Positions 28,096-42,177 of a DNA stretch of 64,000 nucleotides are shown here, one piece after another; within the stretch, counting starts at the first letter, position 1; the number at the start of each line of letters is the position of its first letter. The notes below the pieces were generated by a model. The model saw only the letters and a program-made list of their open reading frames with translations. It searched no databases and was not told where the DNA came from. The stretch is from Eledone cirrhosa. Lineage: Eukaryota. The translations under genes and the position numbers were made by a program. The stretch covers positions 19,840,001 to 19,904,000 of the forward strand of contig OZ024757.1 in the NCBI GenBank assembly GCA_964016885.1, given 5' to 3'.

Positions 28096-28493
28096 CTTGT
28101 TTTTTTTTTAGAATGTTTCTGTTAAATCCTTAGAGGATTTCAGGAGTACATATGCTGGTGAAACTGTGTAGTTTAATATGTGGTTTGGGATCATAAGTTT
28201 GTGGTCTGAGAGAGAATTGTTTGATATTTCGGGCCAGACGAGCAACTGCGTAAAAGATTTGTTCTTTCTTTGCCCTGGTGTCAATAATAATAATAATAAT
28301 AATTGAATAAAGTAAAACACAAATGTATAAATAATTTATTTAATGATGTAGAATCTACACATTCAATAGACTGATATATATATATATATATAAGTATTAA
28401 GTTGTTAAACAATATTCGATGATTATGTCAAAGAATGAGTTTTACAGTAGATTGGAAGCACTCAACGGGAAAAATAATTTTCAGGAGTTATTA

Positions 28494-28808
28494 ATATTAA
28501 AATATAAGTATTAATAAAATAGATGTTCTTTTGATCAATTACATTTTATTATACATATTTCAGATGTACAACAGTACGTCCTCATCAGACAAAATATAAT
28601 GATACATGACATACCCTGAGATGTTAAATGGTTAAGATTTAATCAAGGTAGTCACTAATCGACTACCTTGATTAAATCTTAACCATTTAACATCTCAGGG
28701 TATGTCATGTATAATTATATTTTGTCTGATGAGGACGTACTGTTGTACATCTGAAATATGTATAATAAAATGTAATTGATCAAAAGAATTAATACTTATA
28801 TTTTAATA
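28494..28808. mobile_element. Fold-back palindrome (~150-bp arms, ~7-nt loop) with a hammerhead core in each arm
   Basis: CTGATGA ggacgtac tgtt gtacatct GAAAT at 28726-28757; mirror at 28557-28588. Confidence 0.8.
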
Positions 28809-28946
28809 TATATATATATATGTGTGTGTGTATATGTATGTATGTGTGTATATATATGTATGTATGTGTGTATATATATGTGTGTGTGTGTGTGTATATA
28901 TATATGTACACACATACATATATGATCGAGTTGCAGCCATCATGTA

Positions 28947-28987
<41 letters not shown>

Positions 28988-29035
28988 CATCATCATCATC
29001 ATTGCCGATTAACATCTATCTTCCAAGCTAGCATA

Positions 29036-29100
<65 letters not shown>

Positions 29101-29172
29101 GAAAAGTATAGAAATTATTGTAGCAAGAAGCCAACAGTATTCCATAATATATATATATATATAGATATATAT

Positions 29173-29229
<57 letters not shown>

Positions 29230-29242
29230 CACATATATATAT

Positions 29243-29273
<31 letters not shown>

Positions 29274-29292
29274 GCACATCATACATATATAT

Positions 29293-29333
<41 letters not shown>

Positions 29334-29342
29334 CATATATAT

Positions 29343-29432
<90 letters not shown>

Positions 29433-29744
29433 TTTCCTTATGTTAGACAAAAAGCCATCTGTCTGTTGAACATGGTCTCCATTACTATACAACATACTTA
29501 CTACCAACTCTGTGTCTGTTTAGAAGACAAGTTAGACTCTAGTCTCTCTCGCCACAGGCTTCGCAGGACATCCCTACCGCAGTCACATAGTCGGTAGCAA
29601 GGTAATAAAGCAATAGTTTAAGAGGAAGAAATATAAGTTAAGGAGATACAAGACAGAAAACTGTGGTCTATTTTAAGCAACCAGACATCGCCTCGTCTCA
29701 CACCAATGAAAAAATATTAAAACGTATCTATATATGTATTTTGC

Positions 29745-32700
29745 TGTAAGGCTTTGTAATGCATGTACAGGCCTTTTTTTATACATGTGCAAGCTTTGTG
29801 ATACATGTTCAGGCCTTTTTTTATACATGTGCAAGCTTTGTGATACATGTACAGGCCTTTTTTTATACATGTACAGGCCTTTTTGATACATGTGCAAGCT
29901 TTGTGATACATGTACAGGCCTTTTTGATACATGTGAAAGCTTTGTGATACATGTGCAAGCTTTTTGATACATGTACAGGCCTTTTTGATACATGTGCAAG
30001 CTTTGTGATACATGTACAGGCCTTTTTGATACATGTGCAAGCTTTGTGATACATGTACAGGCCTTTTTGATACATGTGCAAGCTTTGTGATACATGTACA
30101 GGCCTTTTTGATACATGTGCAAGCTTTGTGATACATGTACAGGCCTTTTTGATACATGTGCCAGCTTTGTGATACATGTACAGGCCTTTTTGATACATGT
30201 GCAAGCTTTGTGATACATGTACAGGCCTTTTTGATACATGTGCAAGCTTTGTGATACATGTACAGGCCTTTTTGATACATGTGAAAGCTTTGTGATACAT
30301 GTGCAAGCTTTTTGATACATGTGCAAGCTTTTTGATACATGTGCAAGCTTTGTGATACATCTACAGGCCTTTTTGATACATGTGTAAGCTTTGTGATACA
30401 TGTACAGGCCTTTTTGATACATGTGCAAGCTTTGTGATACATCTACAGGCCTTTTTGATACATGTGCAGGCTTTGTGATACATGTACAGGCCTTTTTGAT
30501 ACATGTGCAAGCTTTGTGATACATGTACAGGCCTTTTTGATACATGTTCAAGCTTTGTGATACATGTACAGGCTTTTTTGATACATGTGCAAGCTTTGTG
30601 ATACATGTACAGGCCTTTTTGATACATGTGCAAGCTTTGTGATACGTGTACAGGCCTTTTTGATACATGTGCAAGCTTTGTGATACATGTACAGGCCTTT
30701 TTGATACATGTGCAAGCTTTGTGATACATGTACAGGCCTTTTTGATACATGTGCAAGCTTTGTGATACATGTACAGGCATTTTTGATACATGTGAAAGCT
30801 TTGTGATACATGTGCAAGCTTTTTGATACATGTACAGGCCTTTTTGATACATGTGCAAGCTTTGTGATACATCTACAGGCCTTTTTGATACATGTGTAAG
30901 CTTTGTGATACATGTACAGGCATTTTTGATACATGTGCAAGCTTTGTGATACATCTACAGGCCTTTTTGATACATGTGCAGGCTTTGTGATACATGTACA
31001 GGCCTTTTTGATACATGTGCAAGCTTTGTGATACATGTACAGGCCTTTTTGATACATGTTCAAGCTTTGTAATACATGTACAGGCCTTTTTGATACATGT
31101 GCAAGCTTTGTGATACATGTACAGGCCTTTTTGATACATGTGCAAGCTTTGTGATACATGTACAGGCCTTTTTGATACCTGTGCAAGCTTTGTGATACAT
31201 GTACAGGCCTTTTTGATACATGTGCAAGCTTTGTGATACATGTACAGGCCTTTTTGATACATGTGCAAGCTTTGTGATACATGTACAGGCCTTTTTGATA
31301 CCTGTGCAAGCTTTGTGATACATGTACAGGCCTTTTTGATACCTGTGCAAGCTTTGTGATACATGTACAGGCCTTTTTGATACCTGTGCAAGCTTTGTGA
31401 TACATGTACAGGCCTTTTTGATACATGTGCAAGCTTTGTGATACATGTACAGGCCTTTTTGATACATGTGCAAGCTTTGTGATACATGTACAGGCCTTTT
31501 TGATACATGTGCAAGCTTTGTGATACATGTACAGGCCTTTTTGATACATGTACAAGCTTTTTGATACATGTACAGGCCTTTTTGATACATGTGCAAGCTT
31601 TGTGATACATGTACAGGCCTTTTTGATACATGTGCAAGCTTTTTGATACATGTACAGGCCTTTTTGATACATGTGCAAGCTTTGTGATACATGTACAGGC
31701 CTTTTTGATACATGTGCAAGCTTTTTGATACATGTACAGGCCTTTTTGATACATGTGCAAGCTTTGTGATACATGTACAGGCCTTTTTGATAAATGTGCA
31801 AGCTTTGTGATACATGTACAGGCCTTTTTGATACATGTACAAGCTTTTTGATACATGTACAGGCCTTTTTGATACATGTGGAAGATTTGTGATACATGTA
31901 CAGGCCTTTTTGATACATGTGCAAGCTTTGTGATACATGTACAGGCCTTTTTGATACATGTACAAGCTTTTTGATACATGTACAGGCCTTTTTGATACAT
32001 GTGCAAGCTTTGTGATACATGTACAGGCCTTTTTGATACATGTGCAAGCTTTGTGATACATGTGTAAGCTTTGTGATACATGTACAGGCCTTTTTGATAC
32101 ATGTGCAAGCTTTGTGATACATGTACAGGCCTTTTTGATACATGTGCAAGCTTTGTGATACATGTACAGGCCTTTTTGATACATGTGTAAGCTTTGTTAT
32201 ACATGTACAGGCCTTTTTGATACATGTGCAAGCTTTGTGATACATGTACAGGCCTTTTTGATACATGTGCAAGCTTTGTGATACATGTACAGGCCTTTTT
32301 GATACATGTGTAAGCTTTGTGATACATGTACAGGCCTTTTTGATACATGTGTAAGCTTTATGATACATGTACAGGCCTTTTTGATACATGTGCAAGCTTT
32401 GTGATACGTGTACAGGCCTTTTTGATACATGTACAGGACTTTTTGATACATGTGCAAGCTTTGTGATACATGTACAGGCCTTTTTGATACATGTGTAAGC
32501 TGTGTGATACATGTACAGGCCTTTTTGATACATGTGCAAGCTTTGTGATACATGTACAGGACTTTTTGATACATGTGTAAGCTTTGTGATACGTGTACAC
32601 GCCTTTTTGATACATGTGCAAGCTTTGTGATACATGTACAGGACTTGTTGATACATGTGCAAGCTTTTTGCTACATGTACAGGCCTTTTTGATACATGTG

Positions 32701-34450
32701 CAGGCTTTGTGATACATGTACAGGCCTTTTTGATACATGTGCAAGCTTTTTTATACATGTGCAGCCTTTTTTATACATGTGTAACCTTTTTGATACATGT
32801 GCAAGCTTTGTGATACATGTACAGGTTTTTTTGATACATGTGCAAGCTTTGTGATACATGTACAGGCCTTTTTGATACATGTGTAAGCTTTGTGATACAT
32901 GTACAGGCCTTTTTGATACATGTGTAAGCTTTATGATACATGTACAGGCCTTTTTGATACATGTGCAAGCTTTGTGATACGTGTACATGCCTTTTTGATA
33001 CATGTACAGGACTTTTTGATACATGTGTAAGCTTTGTGATACATGTACAGGCCTTTTTGATACATGTGTAAGCTGTGTGATACATGTACAGGCCTTTTTG
33101 ATACATGTGCAAGCTTTGTGATACATGTACAGGACTTTTTGATACATGTGTAAGCTTTGTGATACATGTACAGGCCTTTTTGATACATGTGCAAGCTTTG
33201 TGATACGTGTACACGCCTTTTTGATACATGTGCAAGCTTTGTGATACATGTACAGGCCTTTTTGATACATGTGCAAGCTTTGTGATACATGTACAAGGTT
33301 TGTGATACATGTACAGGCCTTTTTGATACATGTGCAAGCTTTGTGATACATGTACAGGCCTTTTTGATACATGTGCAAGCTTTTTGATACATGTACAGTC
33401 CTTTTTGATACATGTGCAAGCTTTGTGATACATGTACAGGCCTTTTTGATACATGTGCAAGCTTTGTGATACATGTACAGGCCTTTTTTGATACATGTGC
33501 AAGCTTTGTGATACATGTACAGGCCTTTTTGATACATGTGCAAGCTTTTTGATACATGTACAGGCCTTTTTGATACATGTGCAAGCTTTGTGATACATGT
33601 ACAGGCCTTTTTGATACATGTGCAAGCTTTGTGATACATGTACAGGCCTTTTTAATACATGTGCAAGCTTTTTGATACATGTACAGGCCTTTTTGATACA
33701 TGTGCAAGCTTTGTGATACATGTACAGGCCTTTTTGATACATGTGCAAGCTTTTTCATACATGTACAGGCCTTTTTGATACATGTGCAAGCTTTGTGATA
33801 CATGTACAGGCCTTTTTGATACATGTGCAAGCTTTGTGATACATGTACAGGCCTTTTTGATACATGTACAAGCTTTTTGATACATGTACAGGCCTTTTTG
33901 ATACATGTGCAAGCTTTGTGATACATGTACAGGCCTTTTTGATACATGTGCAAGCTTTGTGATACATGTGTAAGCTTTGTGATACATGTACAGGCCTTTT
34001 TGATACATGTGCAAGCTTTGTGATACATGTACAGGCCTTTTTGATACATGTGCAAGCTTTGTGATACATGTACAGGCCTTTTTGATACATGTGTAAGCTT
34101 TGTGATACATGTACAGGCCTTTTTGATACATGTGCAAGCTTTGTGATACATGTACAGGCCTTTTTGATACATGTGCAAGCTTTGTGATACATGTACAGGC
34201 CTTTTTGATACATGTGTAAGCTTTATGATACATGTACAGGCCTTTTTGATACATGTGCAAGCTTTGTGATACTTGTACAGGCCTTTTTGATACATGTACA
34301 GGACTTTTTGATACATGTGCAAGCTTTGTGATACATGTACAGGCCTTTTTGATACATGTGTAAGCTGTGTGATACATGTACAAGCCTTTTTGATACATGT
34401 GCAAGCTTTGTGATACATGTACAGGACTTTTTGATACATGTGTAAGCTTT
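29745..34450. repeat. 41-bp (20+21) dimeric satellite, ~4.7 kb
   Basis: gatacatgtgcaagctttgt + gatacatgtacaggccttttt. Confidence 0.97.
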
Positions 34451-34621
34451 TATTTGAGAGAATGGAGTTCTTGACTGCGGGAAGATGGCAGACATTGTTG
34501 TGTGGCTTAGCTATTACTTTCTATCAGACATTTTTAATTTTAATTACAAAAAGCCGGCTGCTTCTGTTTCGTTGATCAAACAGCTGGAATACTTATCATC
34601 AGAATCAGGAACTGACAGAGG

Positions 34622-34821
34622 TACTACAACTACTACTGCTGCTGCTACTACTACTACTGCTGCTACTGCTACTACTACTGCTGCTGCTACTGCTACTACT
34701 ACTACTACTGCTGTGGCTACTACTACTACTGCTGTGGCTACTACTACTACTACTACTGCTGCTACTGCTATTGCTGCTACTGTTACTACTACTACTACTA
34801 CTACTGCTACTACTACTACTG

Positions 34822-34853
<32 letters not shown>

Positions 34854-34941
34854 GTTGCTGCTACTACTACTACTACTACTACTAAAACTATTGCTGATAC
34901 TACTACCGCTACTACTACTGTTGCTGCTACTACTGCTACTG

Positions 34942-34976
<35 letters not shown>

Positions 34977-35811
34977 ACTACTACAACTACTATAACAACA
35001 TCTACTATAACAGCTACTACTACAACTACAACTACTACTACTACAACTACTACTACTACAACAACTACTACTACTGCAACAACTACAACTACACCTATAA
35101 CTACTACTATTATAACAGCTACTACAACTACTACTACTATAACATCTACTATAACAGCTACTACTGCAACAACTACTACTACTACAACTACCACTATAAC
35201 TACTACTACTATAACAACTACTACTACTACAACTACCACTATAACTACTACTACTATAACAACTACTACTACTACCACAACTACTACTACTAATACAACT
35301 ACTACAACAACAGCAACAACTACAACACCAACAACTACTACAACAACAGCAACAACTACAACACCAACAACTACTACAACAACAGCAACAACTACAACAC
35401 CAACAACTACTACAACAACAGCAACAACTACAACACCAACAACTACTACAACAACAGCAACAACTACAACACCAACAACTACTACAACAACAGCAACAAC
35501 TACAACACCAACAACTACTACAACTACAACAACTATTACAACTATTACTACTACTACCACAACTATTACAACTATTACTACTACTACCACAACTACTACT
35601 ACTAATACAACTACTACTACAACTATAACTACTACTACCACAACTACTACTACTAATACAACTACTACAACAGCAACAACTACGTCAATAACAACTACAA
35701 CACCGACTACTACTACTACTACTACTACAACAACTACTAAAACTACAACAGCTACTACTACAACAACAACTACTACAACAACAACAACTACAACAACAGC
35801 TACAACAACAA
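34622..35811. repeat. (ACT/GCT/ACA)n trinucleotide tract with a 30-bp sub-period
   Basis: Directly visible. Confidence 0.9.
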
Positions 35812-36140
35812 TGTAGACTATTTTTTTGTCGGTCTGGATTGTTTTAGTAACTGGCCAACTAAAGTTTCCCTGTACTCCCCTCCTGGGGCGACCCCAGTAT
35901 CAGAATATTCTTCCCTGTATCAGAATATTCCTACTCCGCTCCATGGGGGAGCCACGTGTACAGTGACAGTACAGTATGTTGCTGTTGCTGCTGTTGATGT
36001 CATGTCGGTGAATGACTGGGATGTTGTCTTACATCTTAGCTTTACTTTGGCATGTAGGTTAAGTCAATATACTTATGTGACTAATACATGTGTGTGTATA
36101 TATATATATATATGTGTATATATATATATATATGTGTATA

Positions 36141-36185
<45 letters not shown>

Positions 36186-36658
36186 CATACACATATATGT
36201 ATTATATATATACATACATACATATATATGTATTATATATACATACATACACGTATATGTATTATATATACATACATACACATATACACGTATTACATAT
36301 ATATATACACATATGTATTACATATATATATATACACATATATACGTATTATATATACATACACATATATGTATTATATATATACATACATACATATATA
36401 TGTATTATATATATACATACATACATATATATGTATTATATATATACATACACATATATGTATTATATATATATATATACATACATACATATATATGTAT
36501 TATATATATACATACACATATATGTATTATATATATATATACATACATACATATATATGTATTATATATATACATACACATATATGTATTATATATATAT
36601 ATACATACATACACATATATGTATTATATATATCATCATCATCACACATATATATTTA

Positions 36659-36690
<32 letters not shown>

Positions 36691-36753
36691 CAAACACATA
36701 TATATATTCATATATATATACACACACATATATATATATATATATAAACACAC

Positions 36754-36854
<101 letters not shown>

Positions 36855-36925
36855 AAGAAAAAAAGATGAAATCGAAAATGCAACTGGAGTCGTATTTTTA
36901 AAAATATAAATATATTTATTTGGTT

Positions 36926-36962
36926 CCTTTACCGGTTTCGCAGTTCTTCTGCTTTTCAAAAG
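36926..36962 (-). ncRNA. Minimal hammerhead, U3:A8 core variant (element 36856-37000)
   Basis: Minus strand: CTT TTGAAAA GCAG aagaa CTGC GAA ACCGGT A AAGG. Confidence 0.7.
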
Positions 36963-37000
36963 TAGAGTTGAGATGGAGGGTCTGTGGTTTTTCTCACATC

Positions 37001-37050
<50 letters not shown>

Positions 37051-37417
37051 TACATACATATATATATATGCAAGCAGGGAAAAGCGGACGTAAAATGATG
37101 ATGATGAAAATGATGATGATATATATAAGCAGAAGGGATATTCAATTTGTTATTCATAATCAATTATTCTGAAAATAAATAATGGAAATATAGTCACTGT
37201 TTTTATGAAGACAAGAGTGACAACGGAAGTAAAAAAAATTTGCATAAAATTAGCAGTTGAAAATTGCGAAAAAATATCGTCTGGACCCTGTATATATATA
37301 TATATATATATATACACCCATATATCCATATATATATATATACACACATACATCCTCTCTCACAAAGTTCTTTTCATGTGTTTTATACTTTTATTCAGAA
37401 ACATTTAATTTTTTTAC

Positions 37418-37943
37418 CCCTTTACCATTTAAACCGGTTATATCTGGTCAGAATTCTCTCATCTCTTTCTGCTCATGCAGACGTTAAGGTACTGTTCTCA
37501 AAATAAATATCAAAATCTTGTAGATTTGATATTATGTGAAATAATTATGAGATAAAGCCTTTACCATGAAAATATAATAGTATGTATAGAGTAATTTAAA
37601 TGTTAGGTGAGATATTATGAGATAATTATGTGAGGTAAAGCCTTTACCACAAACAGGGCTGGATTTAGATTTGATGAGGCCCTAAACTATTTGAGATAAT
37701 GGGGCCCTTTATATGTTATAAAAAATGTTATAAAAACTGCAAAACGTTCAATATTAAAGCAGAAAACTGTTTAAAACTATTGCATTATTTTAGTTCTTTT
37801 TTATCTTATATTTTGGAAATCTACACACCGTTTTTTTCAATTTTTTCAGGGGCCCAAGCTATAGCTTGTTTAGCTTATACGTAAATCCCACTCTGACCAC
37901 AAAAATACAATAGTATATATAGAGTAATGTAAATGGTAAAGGG
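37418..37943. mobile_element. piggyBac-like MITE (same family as 61080-61299) with nested insertion
   Basis: CCCTTTACCATTT...AAATGGTAAAGGG|TTAA. Confidence 0.82.
37654..37895. mobile_element. hAT-like MITE, 242 bp
   Basis: 8-bp TSD accacaaa (37646-37653, 37896-37903); imperfect TIR CAGGGCTGGATTTA / TAAATCCCACTCTG. Confidence 0.85.
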
Positions 37944-38011
37944 TTAATGAAACAGAAGAATTATGTCTCTATGGTTCTATGTCTTTATGTTTATGTTTCT
38001 CTGTATTCCAG

Positions 38012-38200
38012 GATGCTGGCGAGATGGTACGTTCTTTCGTCGGTGGTTTGGAGTTGATTGTGAATCTACTGAAGTTGGAAAACATTGAGGTGTTGGCGAG
38101 CGTCTGTGCCGCCATAGCTAACATTGCCAAAGACGAGGAGAATTTGGCAGTTATCACAGACCACAATGTCGTACCGATGCTTGCTAAACTCACTAATACA
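38012..38200 (+). CDS. ARMC4: ARMC4/ODAD2 antepenultimate coding exon (armadillo repeats)
   Basis: ttccag|GATGCT...ACA|gtaaat; 189 bp, phase 0; [63 protein letters not shown] closely matches the ARMC4 C-terminal ARM repeats as I recall them. Confidence 0.95.
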
Positions 38201-38329
38201 GTAAATATCTATTTGGTTTATTGTATTCTGTGTGTGTATGTGTATGTGTATCTGTATGCGTGTGTTGGGGTGGGGTTTAGGGGTTATTTGTTTCAGTCTT
38301 TTGACCAGTCATGGGCAACCTGTGGCCCG

Positions 38330-41183
38330 CGAAGCTTTCTGAATGGCTCGCCTAAGTCACCTAAGTGAAATCTTTCTCAATGGCTCGCCTAAGTCACCAA
38401 CGTGAAATCTTTCTCAATGGCTCGCCTAAGTCACCAAAGTGAAACCTTTCTCAATGGCTCGCCTAAGTCACCTAAGTGAAATCTTTCTCAATGGCTCGCC
38501 TAAGTCACCAAAGTGAAACCTTTCTCAATGGCTCGCCTAAGTCACCAACGTGAAATCTTTCTCAATGGCTCGCCTAAGTCACCAAAGTGAAACCTTTCTC
38601 AATGGCTCGCCTAAGTCACCTAAGTGAAATCTTTCTCAATGGCTCGCCTAAGTCACCAAAGTGAAACCTTTCTCAATGGCTCGCCTAAGTCACCTAAGTG
38701 AAATCTTTCTCAATGGCTCGCCTAAGTCACCAAAGTGAAACCTTTCTGAATGGCTCGCCTAAGTCACCAAAGTGAAACCTTTCTCAATGGCTCGCCTAAG
38801 TCACCAACGTGAAATCTTTCTCAATGGCTCGCCTAAGTCACCAAAGTGAAACCTTTCTCAATGGCTCGCCTAAGTCACCTAAGTGAAATCTTTCTCAATG
38901 GCCCACCTAAGTCACCAAAGTGAAACCTTTCTCAATGGCTCGCCTAAGTCACCAAAGTGAAACCTTTCTCAATGGCTCGCCTAAGTCACCAACGTGAAAT
39001 CTTTCTCAATGGCTCGCCTAAGTCACCAAAGTGAAACCTTTCTCAATGGCTCGCCTAAGTCACCAACGTGAAATCTTTCTCAATGGCTCGCCTAAGTCAC
39101 CAAAGTGAAATCTTTCTCAATGGCCCGCCTAAGTCACCAAAGTGAAACCTTTCTCAATGGCTCGCCTAAGTCACCAAAGTGAAACCTTTCTCAATGGCTC
39201 GCCTAAGTCACCAACGTGAAATCTTTCTCAATGGCTCGCCTAAGTCACAAACGTGAAATCTTTCTCAATGGCTCGCCTAAGTCACCAAAGTGAAATCTTT
39301 CTCAATGGCCCGCCTAAGTCACCAAAGTGAAACCTTTCTCAATGGCTCGCCTAAGTCACCAAAGTGAAATCTTTCTCAATGGCCCGCCTAAGTCACCAAA
39401 GTGAAAGCTTTCTCAATGGCTCGCCTAAGTCACCAAAGTGAAATCTTTCTCAATGGCCCGCCTAAGTCACCAACGTGAAATCTTTCTCAATGGCTCGCCT
39501 AAGTCACCAAAGTGAAATCTTTCTCAATGGCCCGCCTAAGTCACCAAAGTGAAACCTTTCTCAATGGCTCGCCTAAGTCACCAAAGTGAAACCTTTCTCA
39601 ATGGCTCGCCTAAGTCACCAACGTGAAATCTTTCTCAATGGCTCGCCTAAGTCACCAAAGTGAAACCTTTCTCAATGGCTCGCCTAAGTCACCAAAGTGA
39701 AACCTTTCTCAATGGCTCGCCTAAGTCACCAACGTGAAATCTTTCTCAATGGCTCGCCTAAGTCACCAAAGTGAAATCTTTCTCAATGGCTCGCCTAAGT
39801 CACCAAAGTGAAACCTTTCTCAATGGCTCGCCTAAGTTACCAAAGTGAAACCTTTCTCAATGGCTCGCCTAAGTCACCAAAGTGAAATCTTTCTCAATGG
39901 CCCGCCTAAGTCACCAAAGTGAAACCTTTCTCAATGGCTCGCCTAAGTCACCAAAGTGAAACCTTTCTCAATGGCTCGCCTAAGTCACCAACGTGAAATC
40001 TTTCTCAATGGCTCGCCTAAGTCACCAAAGTGAAACCTTTCTCAATGGCTCGCCTAAGTCACCAAAGTGAAACCTTTCTCAATGGCTCGCCTAAGTCACC
40101 AACGTGAAATCTTTCTCAATGGCTCGCCTAAGTCACCAAAGTGAAATCTTTCTCAATGGCCCGCCTAAGTCACCAAAGTGAAACCTTTCTCAATGGCTCG
40201 CCTAAGTCACCAACGTGAAATCTTTCTCAATGGCTCGCCTAAGTCACAAACGTGAAATCTTTCTCAATGGCTCGCCTAAGTCACCAAAGTGAAATCTTTC
40301 TCAATGGCCCGCCTAAGTCACCAAAGTGAAACCTTTCTCAATGGCTCGCCTAAGTCACCAAAGTGAAATCTTTCTCAATGGCCCGCCTAAGTCACCAAAG
40401 TGAAACCTTTCTCAATGGCTCGCCTAAGTCACCAAAGTGAAAGCTTTCTCAATGGCTCGCCTAAGTCACCAAAGTGAAATCTTTCTCAATGGCCCGCCTA
40501 AGTCACCAAAGTGAAATCTTTCTCAATGGCTCGCCTAAGTCACCAAAGTGAAATCTTTCTCAATGGCCCGCCTAAGTCACCAAAATGAAACCTTTCTCAA
40601 TGGCTCGCCTAAGTCACCAAAGTGAAAGCTTTCTCAATGGCTCGCCTAAGTCATCTAAGTGAAATCTTTCTCAATGGCTCGCCTAAGTCACCAAAGTGAA
40701 AGCTTTCTCAATGGCTCGCCTAAGTCATCTAAGTGAAATCTTTCTCAATGGCCCGACTAAGTCACCAAAGTGAAACCTTTCTCAATGGCTCGCCTAAGTC
40801 ACCAAAGTGAAAGCTTTCTCAATGGCCCGCCTAAGTCATCTAAGTGAAACCTTTCTCAATGGCTCGCCTAAGTCACCAAAGTGAAATCTTTCTCAATGGC
40901 CCGCCTAAGTCACCAAAGTGAAACCTTTCTCAATGGCTCGCCTAAGTCACCAAAGTGAAAGCTTTCTCAATGGCCCGCCTAAGTCACCAAAGTGAAATCT
41001 TTCTCAATGGCCCGCCTAAGTCACCAAAGTGAAATCTTTCTCAATGGCCCGCCTAAGTCACTAAAGTGAAATCTTTCTCAATGGCCCGCCTAAGTCACTA
41101 AAGTGAAATCTTTCTCAATGGCCCGCCTAAGTCACCAAAGTGAAATCTTTCTCAATGGCTCGCCTAAGTCACCAAAGTGAAAT
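38330..41183. repeat. 37-bp minisatellite, ~77 copies, starting next to a hAT-MITE-like terminus at 38306
   Basis: Unit gtgaaatctttctcaatggctcgcctaagtcaccaaa; preceded by CAGTCATGGGCAACCTGTGGCCCGCG. Confidence 0.95.
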
Positions 41184-41622
41184 CCTACTGATTTTTTTAC
41201 CCCAATTTTGACCGCATACCTGACTGATATTTGAAGAATTTGGCCTCCTCAGCCCAACATGCAGCAGAACCTGGGTTTGTCACAGACTGCACCAGGTTGC
41301 GGCTGGAGAAAGTGTTGGTGCAAGTGGCATCCCACATATATAGTATAAAGAACGAGGAATCAGTGATGCATCAAACCACAATTTATTAACATATTAGATA
41401 TGTTTCCCCGTCGAATCCATGAAGGGTGAAAGCAGCAATTCTTTGCTTAAACTTTAATCTGTTATTTTAATAAATATTTGCTCTATGGTTTTATATATTT
41501 TTATATATATATATATTATCCTTATTGAGCCCTCTTCGGATTTTAGTCTTCACATTTATTAATTATTACTATATATATATATATATATGTATGTATACAC
41601 ATATATATACACACACACATAT

Positions 41623-41682
<60 letters not shown>

Positions 41683-41841
41683 ATGTATATACACATAAAC
41701 GCACACACACATATATATATACATATATATACATAAACACACACACATACCTGCTATATGAAGCGTTAACCTCATATATCCCTTCCATTTACTGTACCAA
41801 TTGTGTTGTTATCTCTGTTTACCTTTTACATATATATATAT

Positions 41842-42177
41842 GGAGGCACATGGCTTAGTGGTTAGAGCATTGGTCTTGCAATCGAAAGGTTGTGAGTTCA
41901 ATTCTCAGACCAGGTGATGTGTTGTTTCCTTGAGCAAGACACTTTATTTCACATTGCTCCAGTTTACTCAGCTGTAGAAATGAGATGATAGGGACTGGGG
42001 TCCATATCATACCACTGCAAAGTGGTCGTGGAGGTGCCACGACAAAAAAGCACCCAGCACTCACTGTAAATGAGGTTGGTGTTAGGAAGGGCATCCAGCT
42101 GTAGAAATCAAGCCAGAATCAGTTCCTTGCAAGCAGGGAAAAGCGGACGTAAAATGAATGATGATGATGATGATGAT
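41842..42177 (+). mobile_element. SINE S2
   Basis: Near-identical to 5668-6032. Confidence 0.85.

Noticed and set aside
29558-29601. 44-nt AG..GT candidate exon (FAGHPYRSHIVGSK)
   Set aside because: No resemblance to ARMC4 and would shift the frame; splice-like signals are expected by chance
29673-34495. Long Cys/His/Lys-rich ORFs
   Set aside because: Translations of the 41-bp satellite in all three minus frames
34451-34620. hAT transposase remnant (WLSYYFLSDIFN)
   Set aside because: Too short and degenerate to call without a search
34485-35816. 443-aa Thr-rich mucin-like ORF
   Set aside because: Trinucleotide tract that is also open on the opposite strand; no convincing signal peptide or domain; probably intronic
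38330-41183. CRISPR-like array (37-bp repeats)
   Set aside because: Head-to-tail units without unique spacers, no cas genes, eukaryotic intron
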